Source: Chloroflexota bacterium (lineage in GTDB: Bacteria; Chloroflexota; Limnocylindria; P2-11E). From it: 64,000 nt of DNA. Within the stretch, counting starts at the first letter, position 1; each line of letters opens with the position of its first letter. Below the pieces are notes generated by a model, which did not search any database, had not been told where the DNA came from, and saw only the letters and a program-made list of their open reading frames with translations. The stretch is taken from NCBI GenBank assembly GCA_005883625.1, contig VBDU01000092.1, positions 3,621-67,620 on the forward strand, given 5' to 3'. The position numbers and the translations under genes are program-made. Positions 46,518-57,200 of this stretch are shown piece by piece.

Positions 46518-47539
46518 GTGAAGGTCACCTGTCTACAAGAGAACCTCGCGCACGGGCTCGCCATCGTCGGGCGAGGGGTCTCGACGCGGGGTAGTCTCCC
46601 GATCCTCTCAAATATCCTTCTTCGGACGGACGCCGGCCGCCTCAAGCTGACGGCGACGAACCTTGAGGTGGGCATCAACTGCTGGGTCCCCGCCAAGGTC
46701 GAGGATGAAGGCGCTATCACGCTTCCGGCGAAGCTCTTCATCGACTTCGTGAACTCGCTTCCCGCCGGCCAGGTGGAGCTCTCGCTGAACGTCCGGACGA
46801 AGACCGTGCACCTGAGGAGCGGCCCCTACGAAGCGAACATCAAGGGCATGGACGCCGAGGAATTCCCGATCATCCCGGCGATTCCGGACAAACCGACGAC
46901 CCGGATGGGCCAGGGAACGCTCCGCCGGATGATCGCCGAAGTCGCGTTCGTCGCCGCGACCGACGACAGCCGTCCGGTGCTCACCGGGGTGCTCACGACG
47001 TTCGGTGGCGAGCTGGTGACGATGGCCGCGGCGGATCCGTACCGCCTGTCCGTCCGACACGCTCGTCTCCTCGAGCGGGTCGATCCGCCCGTCGAGGTCA
47101 TCATCCCGGCGAAGAGCCTCTTCGAGGGATCATCGAGGGTCAATTCCCGAACTACCGGCAGGTCATCCCGACGAGCCATGCGACCCGCGTCCTGGCGCAG
47201 CGTGAGGAGCTCCTCAAGGCCACGCGCCTCGCGTCGTATTTCGCCCGCGATGCGGCGAACATGCTCCGCTTTCAGGTCGACCCCGCCAGCGATCCGCCCC
47301 TTGTCATCACCGCGAACGCGGCCGAGGTCGGCGACAACACCGGCCGCGTCGATGCGACGGTCGAGGGCCAGCCGACGACCATCGCTTTCAACTCGCGGTT
47401 CGTGGCCGACGCGCTCCAGAGCCTGTCGGCGGCCGAGATCTCGCTCGAGCTCGGCGGTCCCCTCGCTCCGGGCGTCGTCAAGATCGTCGGCGACGACAGC
47501 TACCTCCACGTGGTGATGCCGCTCCGCATCCCCGCCTAG
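46518..47539 (+). CDS. dnaN: DNA polymerase III beta clamp, frameshifted near 47127 in this sequence
   Basis: First frame MKVTCLQENL..IIPAKSLFE; second frame IIEGQFPNYRQVIP..VVMPLR. Confidence 0.92.
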
Positions 47540-47546
47540 CGCCGCG

Positions 47547-48665
47547 ATGCGCCTCACGGCGATCGCCCTCGAGGATTTCCGCAGTTATTCGAGCGCGACC
47601 ATTGCCCTCGCCCCCGGCCTCACGGCGTTCATCGGCCCCAACGGCGCCGGAAAGACGAACCTCCTCGAGGCGGTACACGTCGTGGCGCGAGGCGACAGCT
47701 CTCGCGCCGGTGACGATGCCGAAATGATCCGCTGGGGCGCGTCGGTGGCCCGCGTCGCTGTCGAGACGGCGAGCGAGGACGGCGCCTCGCGTTGGCTTGA
47801 GGTCACGCTCTTCGCGCCGGCGCCCGAGGCGCGTCGACGCTCCCGCCGCTACGCGGCCGACGGTGCGCCGAAGCGTGCGGACGACGTCCTGGGAGCGGTC
47901 ACCGTCGTCGCGTTCTTCCCCCAGGACACCGATCTGCTGGCCTCCGCGCCCGCCGCCCGGCGCCGCTACCTCGACGCGATGGTCGCGCAGATCGATCGAG
48001 CCCACCGCTCCGACCTGCGCGCATATGCGCGCGTCCTCGAGCAGCGCAACGCGCTGCTCCGGGCCGGCCGCGACGAGGAACCGATCCCCGAGAGCGAGAT
48101 CGCCTTCTGGGACAGCGAGCTGGTGCGCCTCGCCACCGAGATATCGCTCCGTCGCGAGCGCGCCGTCGCGGAGCTCCGTCCTGCGTTCCGCGAAGGTGCG
48201 GCGCGCCTGGGCGCGGATGCCGGCATCGACGTCGCGTATGCGGGTCAGGTCGCGGGGTCCGACCCGGACGCGCGCGCCGATGGATATCGGCGCCTCCTCG
48301 CGGAGAAACGCGACCGGGAGCGCTGGCAGGGCACGACACTTGTCGGCCCCCATCGGGAGGACCTCGCGGTCGCGCTCGGCGAGCGTCCCCTCCCCACGTT
48401 CGCTTCGCGGGGCGAGCAGCGGACCGCCGTCCTCGCGCTGAAGCTCGCGGAAGCACAGTGGCTGCGGGCCCACACCGGGACCCCGCCGGTCTTCCTGCTC
48501 GACGACGTGTTGTCCGAGCTCGACACCGCCCGTCGCGAAGCGCTCGCCGGCGCGCTTCCCGACGACGCGCAGGCGCTGCTCACCGCGGCGATCCCGACGA
48601 GCCTTCCCGAGCGGATGCGCGAGCGCGCCACCCTCGTGCCGGTGGCCCTCGGGGCGGTCGGGTGA
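47547..48665 (+). CDS. recF: DNA replication/repair protein RecF
   Basis: FRSY, GPNGAGKTNLLEA, GPHRED, SRGEQR, LLDDVLSELD. Confidence 0.97.
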   Translation: MRLTAIALEDFRSYSSATIALAPGLTAFIGPNGAGKTNLLEAVHVVARGDSSRAGDDAEMIRWGASVARVAVETASEDGASRWLEVTLFAPAPEARRRSRRYAADGAPKRADDVLGAVTVVAFFPQDTDLLASAPAARRRYLDAMVAQIDRAHRSDLRAYARVLEQRNALLRAGRDEEPIPESEIAFWDSELVRLATEISLRRERAVAELRPAFREGAARLGADAGIDVAYAGQVAGSDPDARADGYRRLLAEKRDRERWQGTTLVGPHREDLAVALGERPLPTFASRGEQRTAVLALKLAEAQWLRAHTGTPPVFLLDDVLSELDTARREALAGALPDDAQALLTAAIPTSLPERMRERATLVPVALGAVG

Positions 48666-48955
48666 GGCCGCTCGCGGGAGCGCTCGCTCGCGCGCTCCGG
48701 ACGCTCGGACTCGATACGGACGTCGCGCGCGCAGGCGCGGTGCGCGCGTGGGCGGACGCGGCGGCGCGGGTGATCGGCGCCGACGCCGCCCGCACGACGG
48801 CGCTGCGCATGGACGACGGCACCCTGGTCGTAGCCGTCCCGACCGTGCAGTGGGCCGCCGAGATCCGCCTCCGCGAGCGCGAGCTGGTGGCCGAGATCGC
48901 CGCGCGCGCGCCGCGGAGCGGCATCACGAAGATTCGCTCCGTGCCCGCGACCTAG
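48662..48955 (+). CDS. DciA/DUF721 family protein
   Basis: W...IG..A...T......GTLVV....WA.E pattern; position after recF. Confidence 0.85.
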   Translation: MRPLAGALARALRTLGLDTDVARAGAVRAWADAAARVIGADAARTTALRMDDGTLVVAVPTVQWAAEIRLRERELVAEIAARAPRSGITKIRSVPAT

Positions 48956-48966
48956 ACTCGGCAGAG

Positions 48967-51048
48967 GTGCGAGCCGCCAGCTTCGTCACGAAGGTCGGTT
49001 CCACCGCGGGGCTGCGTCCCAATTCTCCCGACGTCGCGGTCGTGAGTGAGCCGACGCTCGGGGCGACGCTCCGCACAAAGGGCCGGTTCTATTTCCTCTG
49101 CGAGGTCGCGCCGGCGGCCGCGCCCGCCGGACAGCTCGCGCGCGAGGTCGCCGACCTCGCGCGCCAGGAGTACTACTACGACCTTTCGGCGGGCATCGAG
49201 GTCTCGCTGCGCCGCGCCCTGCGGCAGGCGAACCGCCGTGCGGCGCAGCGTCTTCGCGATCAGCGCGGGCGCGTGACGCTCCACTGCGCGTGCGCGGTCT
49301 TCGTGAACAACGAGCTGTACGCCTCGCGAATCGGCGCCGCCCGGGTCTTCCTCGTACGGCGTGCGCGCCTCTTCCTCCCCGGCGACCAGCCCGGGGAGCT
49401 CGCGGACTTCGTCCACCGCACGACCACCCGGGAGGCCGCGTCCCTCGGGGTCGAGGCCGACGTGCTGCCCGACGTCTGGCGACAGACGATCGAGCCCGGC
49501 GACACGCTCATCCTCGCGGCGGGCGCGCTCACCGAGCGCCTCGGTGCGGAAGCACTCAAGAACGCCGCGGTCACGCTGCACCCGCGCGCGGCCGCGGAGC
49601 ACATCCACAACCGCGCGATCGCCGACGGCGTCGCGGGCAGCGACGCCGCGCTGTTCATCGAGATCACCGCCGCGCCCGCCGCGGCCGAGCGCCTTCGAGC
49701 GGAGCCCGCCCCGCTGCCGGAGGCCGAGGAGGTCGTGATCGCGGAGACGATCCGTTCGCGCCTCGACTGGATCTGGCGGCGCCGGCCACACCTCGGCCGC
49801 GCCATCGAGGCAGCGGCAGCGCCGGCGACGCGCGCGGTGGGGAAGGGCGTGGCGGTGGGGCTCGAGCTCATGCCGCGCCGCTCGACCGCCCTGCCTCGCC
49901 ACCCCGACACCGCGCGGCAGCGGTCGCGCCGCCAGCGGCGCGCGGCGAGCCTGCTCGCGGTCGTCCTTCTCCTCGTTGCCGGGGGCATCGGGGCGCTCGC
50001 ATACCGCGACTACGCGGCGCAGCGCGTCGGCGGCGACTACACGCTCGCGATCATCGCCGTCGAGAACGATCTCTCATCGGCACGACGCTCGGCGGACCGC
50101 AAGCCGCCCGACGTCGACGCCGCGCGAGACCGTCTCACGCACGCGCAGGCGAAGCTCGATGAGGCGGCCCGGTCACCGATCGCGGATCAGGCGAAGGTCG
50201 CCGCGCTCCGCGACGAGCTCGCGAAGATCGACGACGACATCACCGGCGTCGTGGTCGACCTCGCGCGCGTCCTTCCCGGAGCGAAGCCGGCCGCGATCGT
50301 CGGCAACCTGAACGGCCTCTACGTGACGGACCCGGGTGTCGGACGGCTCTGGCGGATCTTCGGCGATCCCGCGCAGACGGGCGTCGTGCTGGCGCAGGGC
50401 GCGCGCGACGTCGGGGTGCCCCGGCTCGTCGCGACGTTCGGCGACGCGGTGTACGCGCTGGATGACCAGCAGCATCTCTGGCGCGCGCAGGGCGACAAGG
50501 TCGCCGACGTCACGCCCGACGCCGCCGCCGACACCTGGAAGAGGGTCGCGTCGTTCTCGGTCTTCGCCGCGAACCTCTACGTGCTCGACGCCGCGAGCGG
50601 ACAGGTCTGGAAGCACGAGTCGAGCGACGGCATCGACTTCGATCGGAACCGCGTCCAGGGCTACCTCGAGACGGCCGTCGCGCCGAATGCCGCCGCCTCC
50701 CTCGCCGTCGACGGCGACGTCTGGATCGTGACTACGGCGGGCGAGGTGATCCGCTACCGGCGGCTCACCACGTCGTTCACGGCGACGCGCGTCGACTTCA
50801 CCGCACGCTGGGCCGAGCCGGTGAGACCGGCGGCGATCCAGGCGATCGACGTCCAGCGCTCGATCTACTTCCTCGACGCCCAGGGCAAGAAGGTCATCCA
50901 GATGGGCCGCGACGGGCGCGAGGTCGCTCGCTTCAACCTCCCCACGACGCTCCCCGCGCCGAATGGGTTCTACGTCTCCGAGGGCGGACGCGCGATCTAC
51001 ACGCTGCACGGCTCCAAGATCGTCGTCACCGAGCTCACGGCTCGGTGA
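48967..51048 (+). CDS. Membrane protein: degenerate PP2C-like N-terminus, one TM, C-terminal beta-propeller
   Basis: SLRRALRQAN, YASRIG..RVFLVR, SLG, GDTLIL segments; TM; repeated LYVTD/VYALD/LYVLD/IYFLD strands. Confidence 0.75.
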   Translation: MRAASFVTKVGSTAGLRPNSPDVAVVSEPTLGATLRTKGRFYFLCEVAPAAAPAGQLAREVADLARQEYYYDLSAGIEVSLRRALRQANRRAAQRLRDQRGRVTLHCACAVFVNNELYASRIGAARVFLVRRARLFLPGDQPGELADFVHRTTTREAASLGVEADVLPDVWRQTIEPGDTLILAAGALTERLGAEALKNAAVTLHPRAAAEHIHNRAIADGVAGSDAALFIEITAAPAAAERLRAEPAPLPEAEEVVIAETIRSRLDWIWRRRPHLGRAIEAAAAPATRAVGKGVAVGLELMPRRSTALPRHPDTARQRSRRQRRAASLLAVVLLLVAGGIGALAYRDYAAQRVGGDYTLAIIAVENDLSSARRSADRKPPDVDAARDRLTHAQAKLDEAARSPIADQAKVAALRDELAKIDDDITGVVVDLARVLPGAKPAAIVGNLNGLYVTDPGVGRLWRIFGDPAQTGVVLAQGARDVGVPRLVATFGDAVYALDDQQHLWRAQGDKVADVTPDAAADTWKRVASFSVFAANLYVLDAASGQVWKHESSDGIDFDRNRVQGYLETAVAPNAAASLAVDGDVWIVTTAGEVIRYRRLTTSFTATRVDFTARWAEPVRPAAIQAIDVQRSIYFLDAQGKKVIQMGRDGREVARFNLPTTLPAPNGFYVSEGGRAIYTLHGSKIVVTELTAR

Positions 51049-51743
51049 TCCCGCTCCACGACGCGAACCCTGCGGGGCGCGCCCCGGTGGTGAACCGCCT
51101 GCTCATCGCCGCGAACGTTCTCGTCTGGCTCTACACGCTCAGCCTCGCGCGAACGCCAGCCGCGCTCGACGCGTTCTACGACCGGTACTCGTTCGACTGG
51201 TCCACGTTCGCGGGCGCGATCTCGCACGGGCAGCTCACCGTCGCGCTGTTCGTGCCCCTCTTCACGCACATCTTCCTGCACGGCGGCTGGCTGCACATCC
51301 TTGGGAACATGCTCTATCTCTGGATCTTCGGCGACAACGTGGAGGACCGCTTGGGCAGCGGGCCATACCTGATCTTCTATCTCCTCTGCGGGATCGTCGC
51401 CGCGATCGGCCAGGGGCTCATCGCGCCCGAGGCGATGGTCGGCGCGTCGGGTGCGATCGCGGGCGTGCTCGGGGCGTACCTCGTCATGTATCCGACCGCG
51501 CGCGTGTCGACCCTCATCTTCCTGGGGATCTTCATCAGCGTCGTGCAGCTGCCCGCGCTCATCGTCATCGGTTTTTTCATCGTCCTGCAGGTCATCGACG
51601 CGCTCGCCGAGCTCCGCATGACGGACCATCAGGCGGCGTCCAATATCGCGTACGTCGCGCACATCTTCGGATTCGTCGCAGGCGTGCTCTTGCTCTTTCT
51701 CTTCCGTCAGCAACGCGACGCAAGGCGATTCCGATACGACTGA
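51045..51743 (+). CDS. Rhomboid intramembrane serine protease
   Basis: FLHGGWLHILGNM, GASG, AHIFG. Confidence 0.95.
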   Translation: MIPLHDANPAGRAPVVNRLLIAANVLVWLYTLSLARTPAALDAFYDRYSFDWSTFAGAISHGQLTVALFVPLFTHIFLHGGWLHILGNMLYLWIFGDNVEDRLGSGPYLIFYLLCGIVAAIGQGLIAPEAMVGASGAIAGVLGAYLVMYPTARVSTLIFLGIFISVVQLPALIVIGFFIVLQVIDALAELRMTDHQAASNIAYVAHIFGFVAGVLLLFLFRQQRDARRFRYD

Positions 51744-51787
51744 GAGACATGCGAGCGGCACGTACCTTGCGGCTCTGGCGCTAGGCT

Positions 51788-52291
51788 TTGACGAAGATGC
51801 TCGTCCCGTGCACGGTCGAGTCGGTCCGGGTCCACGTCCTGACGAACCAGCACGTCGTCCTGCTTCAAGCCGAGGGGACCACCAGGCTCCTTCCCATCTG
51901 GATCGGACCCGACCAGGCGCACAGCATCGCCACGCGGATCGCCGGGATCCCGAGCGAGCGTCCCCTCACCCACGACCTCATGGTCGACATGCTCACGAAG
52001 GTCGGCGCGGAGATCACGCGCGTGGTCGTGAAGGACCTCGTCGCCGACGACGCCGGGGGCGGCGTCTTCCACGGCAGCGTCTTTCTCCAGGTGGCCGACC
52101 GCGAGATCGAGGTCGACTGCCGACCGTCGGATGCGATCGCGCTCGCGGTCCGCTGCACCGCACGCATCCTCGTCTCCGATACGGTCCTCGACCGCTCCGC
52201 GATCTCGGCGGAGTCGAGCGACGACCATGAGCTCTCGGTCTTCAAGCAGTTCATCGAATCGCTCCCGGACGATCCGCCGCAGACGTCCTGA
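51788..52291 (+). CDS. Bifunctional nuclease family (DUF151)
   Basis: LPIWIG, RPLTHDL, DCRPSDAIALA. Confidence 0.93.
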   Translation: MTKMLVPCTVESVRVHVLTNQHVVLLQAEGTTRLLPIWIGPDQAHSIATRIAGIPSERPLTHDLMVDMLTKVGAEITRVVVKDLVADDAGGGVFHGSVFLQVADREIEVDCRPSDAIALAVRCTARILVSDTVLDRSAISAESSDDHELSVFKQFIESLPDDPPQTS

Positions 52292-52294
52292 TCA

Positions 52295-52352
52295 TCGCGG
52301 GGGTGGGCCCTCTGCTTGTCGCAGGGGCGGGCCCCCGCACCCCCTAGGTACG
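52295..52352 (+). repeat. Half copy plus full copy of the dispersed repeat
   Basis: TCGCGGGGGTGGGCCC 52295-52310; 27-mer at 52319-52345 identical to 20255-20281. Confidence 0.85.
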
Positions 52353-53072
52353 GTGATTCACTCCTAGCCAGAGGCGCAGGCGCAGCTGCAGGAGATCGCG
52401 GATCGCGCGGAGGATGACGCGCGGCGGCGCGCCCTTCGGTTCGTGTTTGGTCCGCGGGAAGTGGCGCACCGCGACTTGGCGGATCCGGACTCCCGCGCGG
52501 GCGAGCGTGATGAGCAGCTCGGGCGAGAAGAAGGCGCCGTTCGAGCGCACGCGCGTGAGCGGGACACGCGCGAAGACGTCGCGGCGGAAGAGCTTGAATC
52601 CGCAGTCGACGTCACGCCAAGGGCCACCGAACAGCACGCGGATGAGCCGGTTGTAGACCCAGGCGACGAACAGGCGGCGCCAGGGGTCCGCTCGCTTCTC
52701 GCGAAAGCCGACCACCGCGTCGGCCCCGTCGCTCGCCGCGAGGAGCCTCGAGAGATCGGTGAGGTCGAACTGCCGGTCGCCGTCCGTGTAGAAGATCCAC
52801 GCCTTCGTGGCGGCGAGGAGCCCCGAGCGGACGGCGCCGCCGTAGCCGCGGCGTGCGCCGTGGTGGATGACGCGGATACGCCGCTCGCGCGCGGCCAGCT
52901 CGTCCGCGATCGCGCCGGTGCGATCGGTGCTCCCGTCGTCGACGATCGTCACCTCGAGGTCGTCGGTGAAGCGCGGCAGTACCTCGAGGGCGGATGCGAC
53001 GAGGGGGGCGATGTTCTCCTCTTCGTTCAGCGCGGGGAAGAAGAACGAGAGCCCCACGAGCCGTGCGGGCAA
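52344..53072 (-). CDS. GT2 glycosyltransferase (polyprenol-phosphate sugar synthase-like)
   Basis: PALNEE, VDDGSTD, YTDGD, DVDCGFKL. Confidence 0.92.
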   Translation of the reverse strand: MPARLVGLSFFFPALNEEENIAPLVASALEVLPRFTDDLEVTIVDDGSTDRTGAIADELAARERRIRVIHHGARRGYGGAVRSGLLAATKAWIFYTDGDRQFDLTDLSRLLAASDGADAVVGFREKRADPWRRLFVAWVYNRLIRVLFGGPWRDVDCGFKLFRRDVFARVPLTRVRSNGAFFSPELLITLARAGVRIRQVAVRHFPRTKHEPKGAPPRVILRAIRDLLQLRLRLWLGVNHRT

Positions 53073-53102
53073 GGTCGTTGAAGGTTAGCGTGTTCCCGTC
53101 AC

Positions 53103-54293
53103 ATGTCGGTCTCCGACCGCGTGATCGCGATCTCGGTCGGCGCGTTCGCTGCGGTCGCGTACCTCGTTGCCGGCGCCGGGCTCGCGACGGACTACGACTA
53201 CTTCGGCCGTCTCGCGGCCGCATTCCTGGCGGGCCACTGGTGGCTCGACGAGGCGCCGTCCTGGCTCAACGAGCTGATCGCGTGCGGCGACGGCCGCTGG
53301 TGCGTCGTCTATCCGCCCCTGCCGGCGATCCTCTCGCTGCCGTTCGTGCCGTTCGTCCCAAGCGCGTACGCCCAGGTCCTGGCGTCGCGCGTCGCCGGCG
53401 GCGCGTCCGCGACGCCGCTCTACCTCGCGCTGCGGGCCTACGGAGCGCCGAAGGCGTGGTCCATCGCCGGAACGCTCCTCTCGGCGTTCGGCACGACGCT
53501 CTTTTTCTCGAGCGTCGACGGGCGTGCGTGGTACGCGGCGCACGCCGCGTCGATCGGCTTCGCGGCCTCGGGCTTCCTCGTAGCGGCGCGTGGCGGGCGG
53601 CCGGCGCTCGCGGGCGCGCTCCTCGGGATCGCCGCGCTCGGGCGCCTTCCCGTGGCCGCGGCGACGCCGGGCCTCGCGCTCCTGCTCGCGCGCCGCGCGG
53701 GACTCTCGTATCGCCGCGCGCTCGGGGGCATGGTCCTGGGGGGCCTGCCGTTCGTCCTCGTGTACGCCGGCTACAACCTGCTGCGCTGGGGCACGCCCTT
53801 CGACGCCGGGTACGCACGCCTCATCGAGGACGATGTCTTCTTCACGCAGGGCCTCTTCTCGCCGCTTTACCTGCCGCGACAGCTCGTCGCGCTGTTCCTC
53901 GAGCCGCCCGATATCGTCCCGGCCACGCCGTTCTTCCTCATCCCGCACTACGTCGGCATGAGCCTCTTCCTCACGACGCCGGCGTTCCTGTGGATCTTTC
54001 TCGCGCTTCGAGAGGTGCGCCGCGACGCGGTCGTGGCGGCGACGGGAGTCGCGGCGCTCGGCGCCCTCCTGCCGGACCTGCTCCATGGGACCGTCGGCTT
54101 CCAGCAGTTCGGCTATCGCTTCTCGATCGACGCCCAGCCCTTCCTCGTGGCGCTCGCGATCAGCGGTGACGGACTGCGGCACGGCGCCTGGCGCCGCTGG
54201 CCGCGCCTGCTGTTCATCGTCGCGATCGTCGTTTCGTTCGCGGTGAATCTCTACGCGACGATCGCCATCACGCGCTTCGGATACTGGGATTGA
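53103..54293 (+). CDS. Polytopic membrane protein, probable GT-C glycosyltransferase
   Basis: YPPLPA, YNLLRWGTPF, QFGYRFSID; many TM. Confidence 0.65.
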   Translation: MSVSDRVIAISVGAFAAVAYLVAGAGLATDYDYFGRLAAAFLAGHWWLDEAPSWLNELIACGDGRWCVVYPPLPAILSLPFVPFVPSAYAQVLASRVAGGASATPLYLALRAYGAPKAWSIAGTLLSAFGTTLFFSSVDGRAWYAAHAASIGFAASGFLVAARGGRPALAGALLGIAALGRLPVAAATPGLALLLARRAGLSYRRALGGMVLGGLPFVLVYAGYNLLRWGTPFDAGYARLIEDDVFFTQGLFSPLYLPRQLVALFLEPPDIVPATPFFLIPHYVGMSLFLTTPAFLWIFLALREVRRDAVVAATGVAALGALLPDLLHGTVGFQQFGYRFSIDAQPFLVALAISGDGLRHGAWRRWPRLLFIVAIVVSFAVNLYATIAITRFGYWD

Positions 54294-57200
54294 GCTCCGC
54301 GCCGTCACGCGATCGGGATGCCCGCCTCGCGATCGCGGGGGTGATCGCGCTTGGCGTCGTGCTGCGCCTCCTCGTGGTGCGCGCGCAGGGGTTCCCCACC
54401 GACGTCGGAACGTTCGAGGCGTGGGGCGAGCGTATCGCGCAGGTGGGCCCGGGAGGGTTCTACGAGCCGGGATACTTCAGCGACTACCCGCCTGCGTTCC
54501 TCTACGTCCTCTGGCTGCTCGGCGCGCTCTTCGACGGCGAGATCCTCCGCCTCGCCGTGAAGGCGATCAGCATCCCCGCCGACGTCGTCATCGCCGCGCT
54601 CGCCGCAGCCGTCGCGTGGCGTCACGCCGGCCGCGGCCCGGCGGTCGCCGCCGCCACGCTGTGGTCGCTCCAACCGGGGCCGATCTTCGCCGGGCCGTAC
54701 TGGGGACAGGTGGACGCGGTCGGCACGCTGCCGCTGGTCGGTGCCCTCGTGGCTGCAGGCGCGCGACGCTGGTCGACCGCAGGCGCGCTCGCCGCGCTCG
54801 CCGCGCTCGTGAAGCCGCAGTTCGGGATCGCTCTCGGTGTCATCGTCGTCGCCGTCGCGATCGACTTCGTGCGCGATGCGGCGTGGCGTCCGGCGGCCCG
54901 CGTGATCGGGGCGGCCGTCGCCACCGCCTACGTCATCGCCGCCCCGTTCTACGGTCTCGATCCGCTCGGGGTCGGGAGTCGGCTGGTCGACCTCGTGCGG
55001 AGCGCGTCGGAGACCTATCCGTACACGTCGCTGTACGCCTTCAACGGCTGGTCCATCTTCTTCGACTTCTGGCAGCCGGACGAGGCGCTCGTCCGCTACG
55101 GCGCGCTGCTTCTCGTGGCCGGGCTCGTCGTCTCCTGCGCGCCCCTGTGGTGGCGCCGCGACCTCGCCGGCCTACTCGCCGCGACGGCATTCGCGGCCTT
55201 CGCCTTCTACTTCTTGCCGACCCGCGCGCACGAGCGTTACCTCTTCCCGGCGTTCGCCCTGCTCCTGCCGTTCGCCGCGGCGCGTTCGCGGATCCTCGGG
55301 CCGTATCTCGTGCTCGCGGCCGGCTTCGCCACGACGCTCTACTTCGCCTTCACGCGCTATCAGCAGATCGTCGACCTGCGGGCGCCCGACGTCCTCGAAG
55401 CGACGCTCTTCGGACGGTACGGTCAGATCGCGCTCGCGCTCCTCATGATCGCCACCGCCGCGCTCATCGTCTGGCGCCTCGCGCGGGGCGAGGCCAGGCT
55501 CGACAGCGACCGCCGCTACGAGCTCGCGCTCGCCGCCCCGCGCCCGACGTGGACGCTCCCACCGGGTCTCGGGCTGGGGCGCGTTCCTTCGCGGGGGGAT
55601 CTCATGGTGGCGCTCTGCGTCGCGCTCGCCGTCCTCGCGACGCGCGGCTACCGCCTCGATTTCCCGCGCGACATGTACTTCGACGAGGTCTATCACGCGC
55701 GCACCGCGTTCGAGCTGCTCGCGCAGCGCGAGCCGTACGAGTGGACGCACCCGCACCTCGCGAAGGAGATCATGGCCCTCGGGATCCTCGCGTTCGGCGA
55801 CGACCGCGTGATCGGGCACGAGGTCGGCCTCGGCGCGCAGACGCTCTTCACCGTCACGAACGACGGCATACGCCTGACGGCCGGGGACGACGGCAACCTG
55901 TACGTACGCGACCGCCTCGGACGAGGCGGTCCGTTCGCGCGCACGACGGACCCGCCCCGGGCCCTCGCCGCGACCGACGGACGGATCGTCGTCGCGACCG
56001 ACCGCCAGGTGTGCCAGCTGGCGATCCCCGTGCCGTCGTCGCGGACCGGCCTCCGCGACCCGCTGCCGTTCGATCGCTGCCTGGTCTCCCCGTTCGCGCG
56101 CACGCTGGGCCTCGCGATCGGCGGCACGAGCGTCTCCCTCGCGTCGGCAGGCGGGCTCGCGACCTGGAAGGACTTCACCGGCGACCCGGTCGTCTACCAG
56201 GGGGACCTCGTGGCGGCGACCGCGAAAGCCGACGGCAGCGAGGTCTACGTCCTGGACCCGAAGGGGAACGTCGAGGTGGTCGACACGACGAAGGGCTCCG
56301 TGTCGCGAACGCTTTCCGGCGGCGGCCCCGGGAGCGCGATCGCCTACGCGCTCGGCCCGAACCGCGTCTTCGTCGCGCGCGCGAAGGAGCCCGTCCTCGA
56401 CGTCTACGACCTGGAGGGCGGCTCGCACGAGGGGGTGCCGCTCGCGAACGCGCGCACCGGCGCGTTCGCGTCCGGTGTGACCGCGCTCGCAGTGGTGACG
56501 CGCACGCAGTTCCTCTATGCGCTCGCCGACGGCCGCGTCGTCGTCGTGGAGACGCATGGCGCCTCGCCGTTCGCGGCGATCGCGACCGGCGCGACGCAGC
56601 TCGGCATCGACGGCGAAGGCGACGCGCTCGTCGCCGCGGGCCCGACCGGCGCCGACGTCGTCGAGACGGGCCGGCACGCCTTCGCGTGGCGACTCCCGGG
56701 CGTCGTCTTCGCCGCGCTGCTGGCCTTCTGTGTCGTACTGCTCGCGCGGCGCCTCTTCGCGTCGGGGCTCGTGCCGGCGCTCGCGGGCTCGGCGATCGTG
56801 CTCGACGGCTCGATGTTCGCCCAGGCGCGCATCGGCATGAACGACGTCTACGTCGGCGCGCTCATCGTCGCCGGCTGGTACTTCGTCGTCGCGGCGTATC
56901 GTCCGCGCCGCTCGGCCACCACGGACATCCTCATCGCGGGCGTCCTCTTGGGGCTCGCCTCCGCCACAAAGTGGGCCGCGTTCTACGCGGTCGCGGGCGT
57001 TGCCATCGCGTCGCTCGCGGTGACCGTGCACGCGTACCGGCGCGGCCGGTCGGGGTCCGGGGGAGCGCTCGACCTTGCCGGCGTTCCAGAGGTGCTCGCC
57101 CGGCGGGGCGTCGCGCTCGCGGGGCTGAACGCGGTGCTGCTGTTCGTTGCGTTCGCGGTCATACCGGTGATCCTCTACGTCGGCTCGTACGTGCCGTGGT

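Noticed and set aside
47110-47150. Programmed frameshift in dnaN
   Set aside because: No slippery run, and conserved residues are missing, so a shift alone would not restore the clamp
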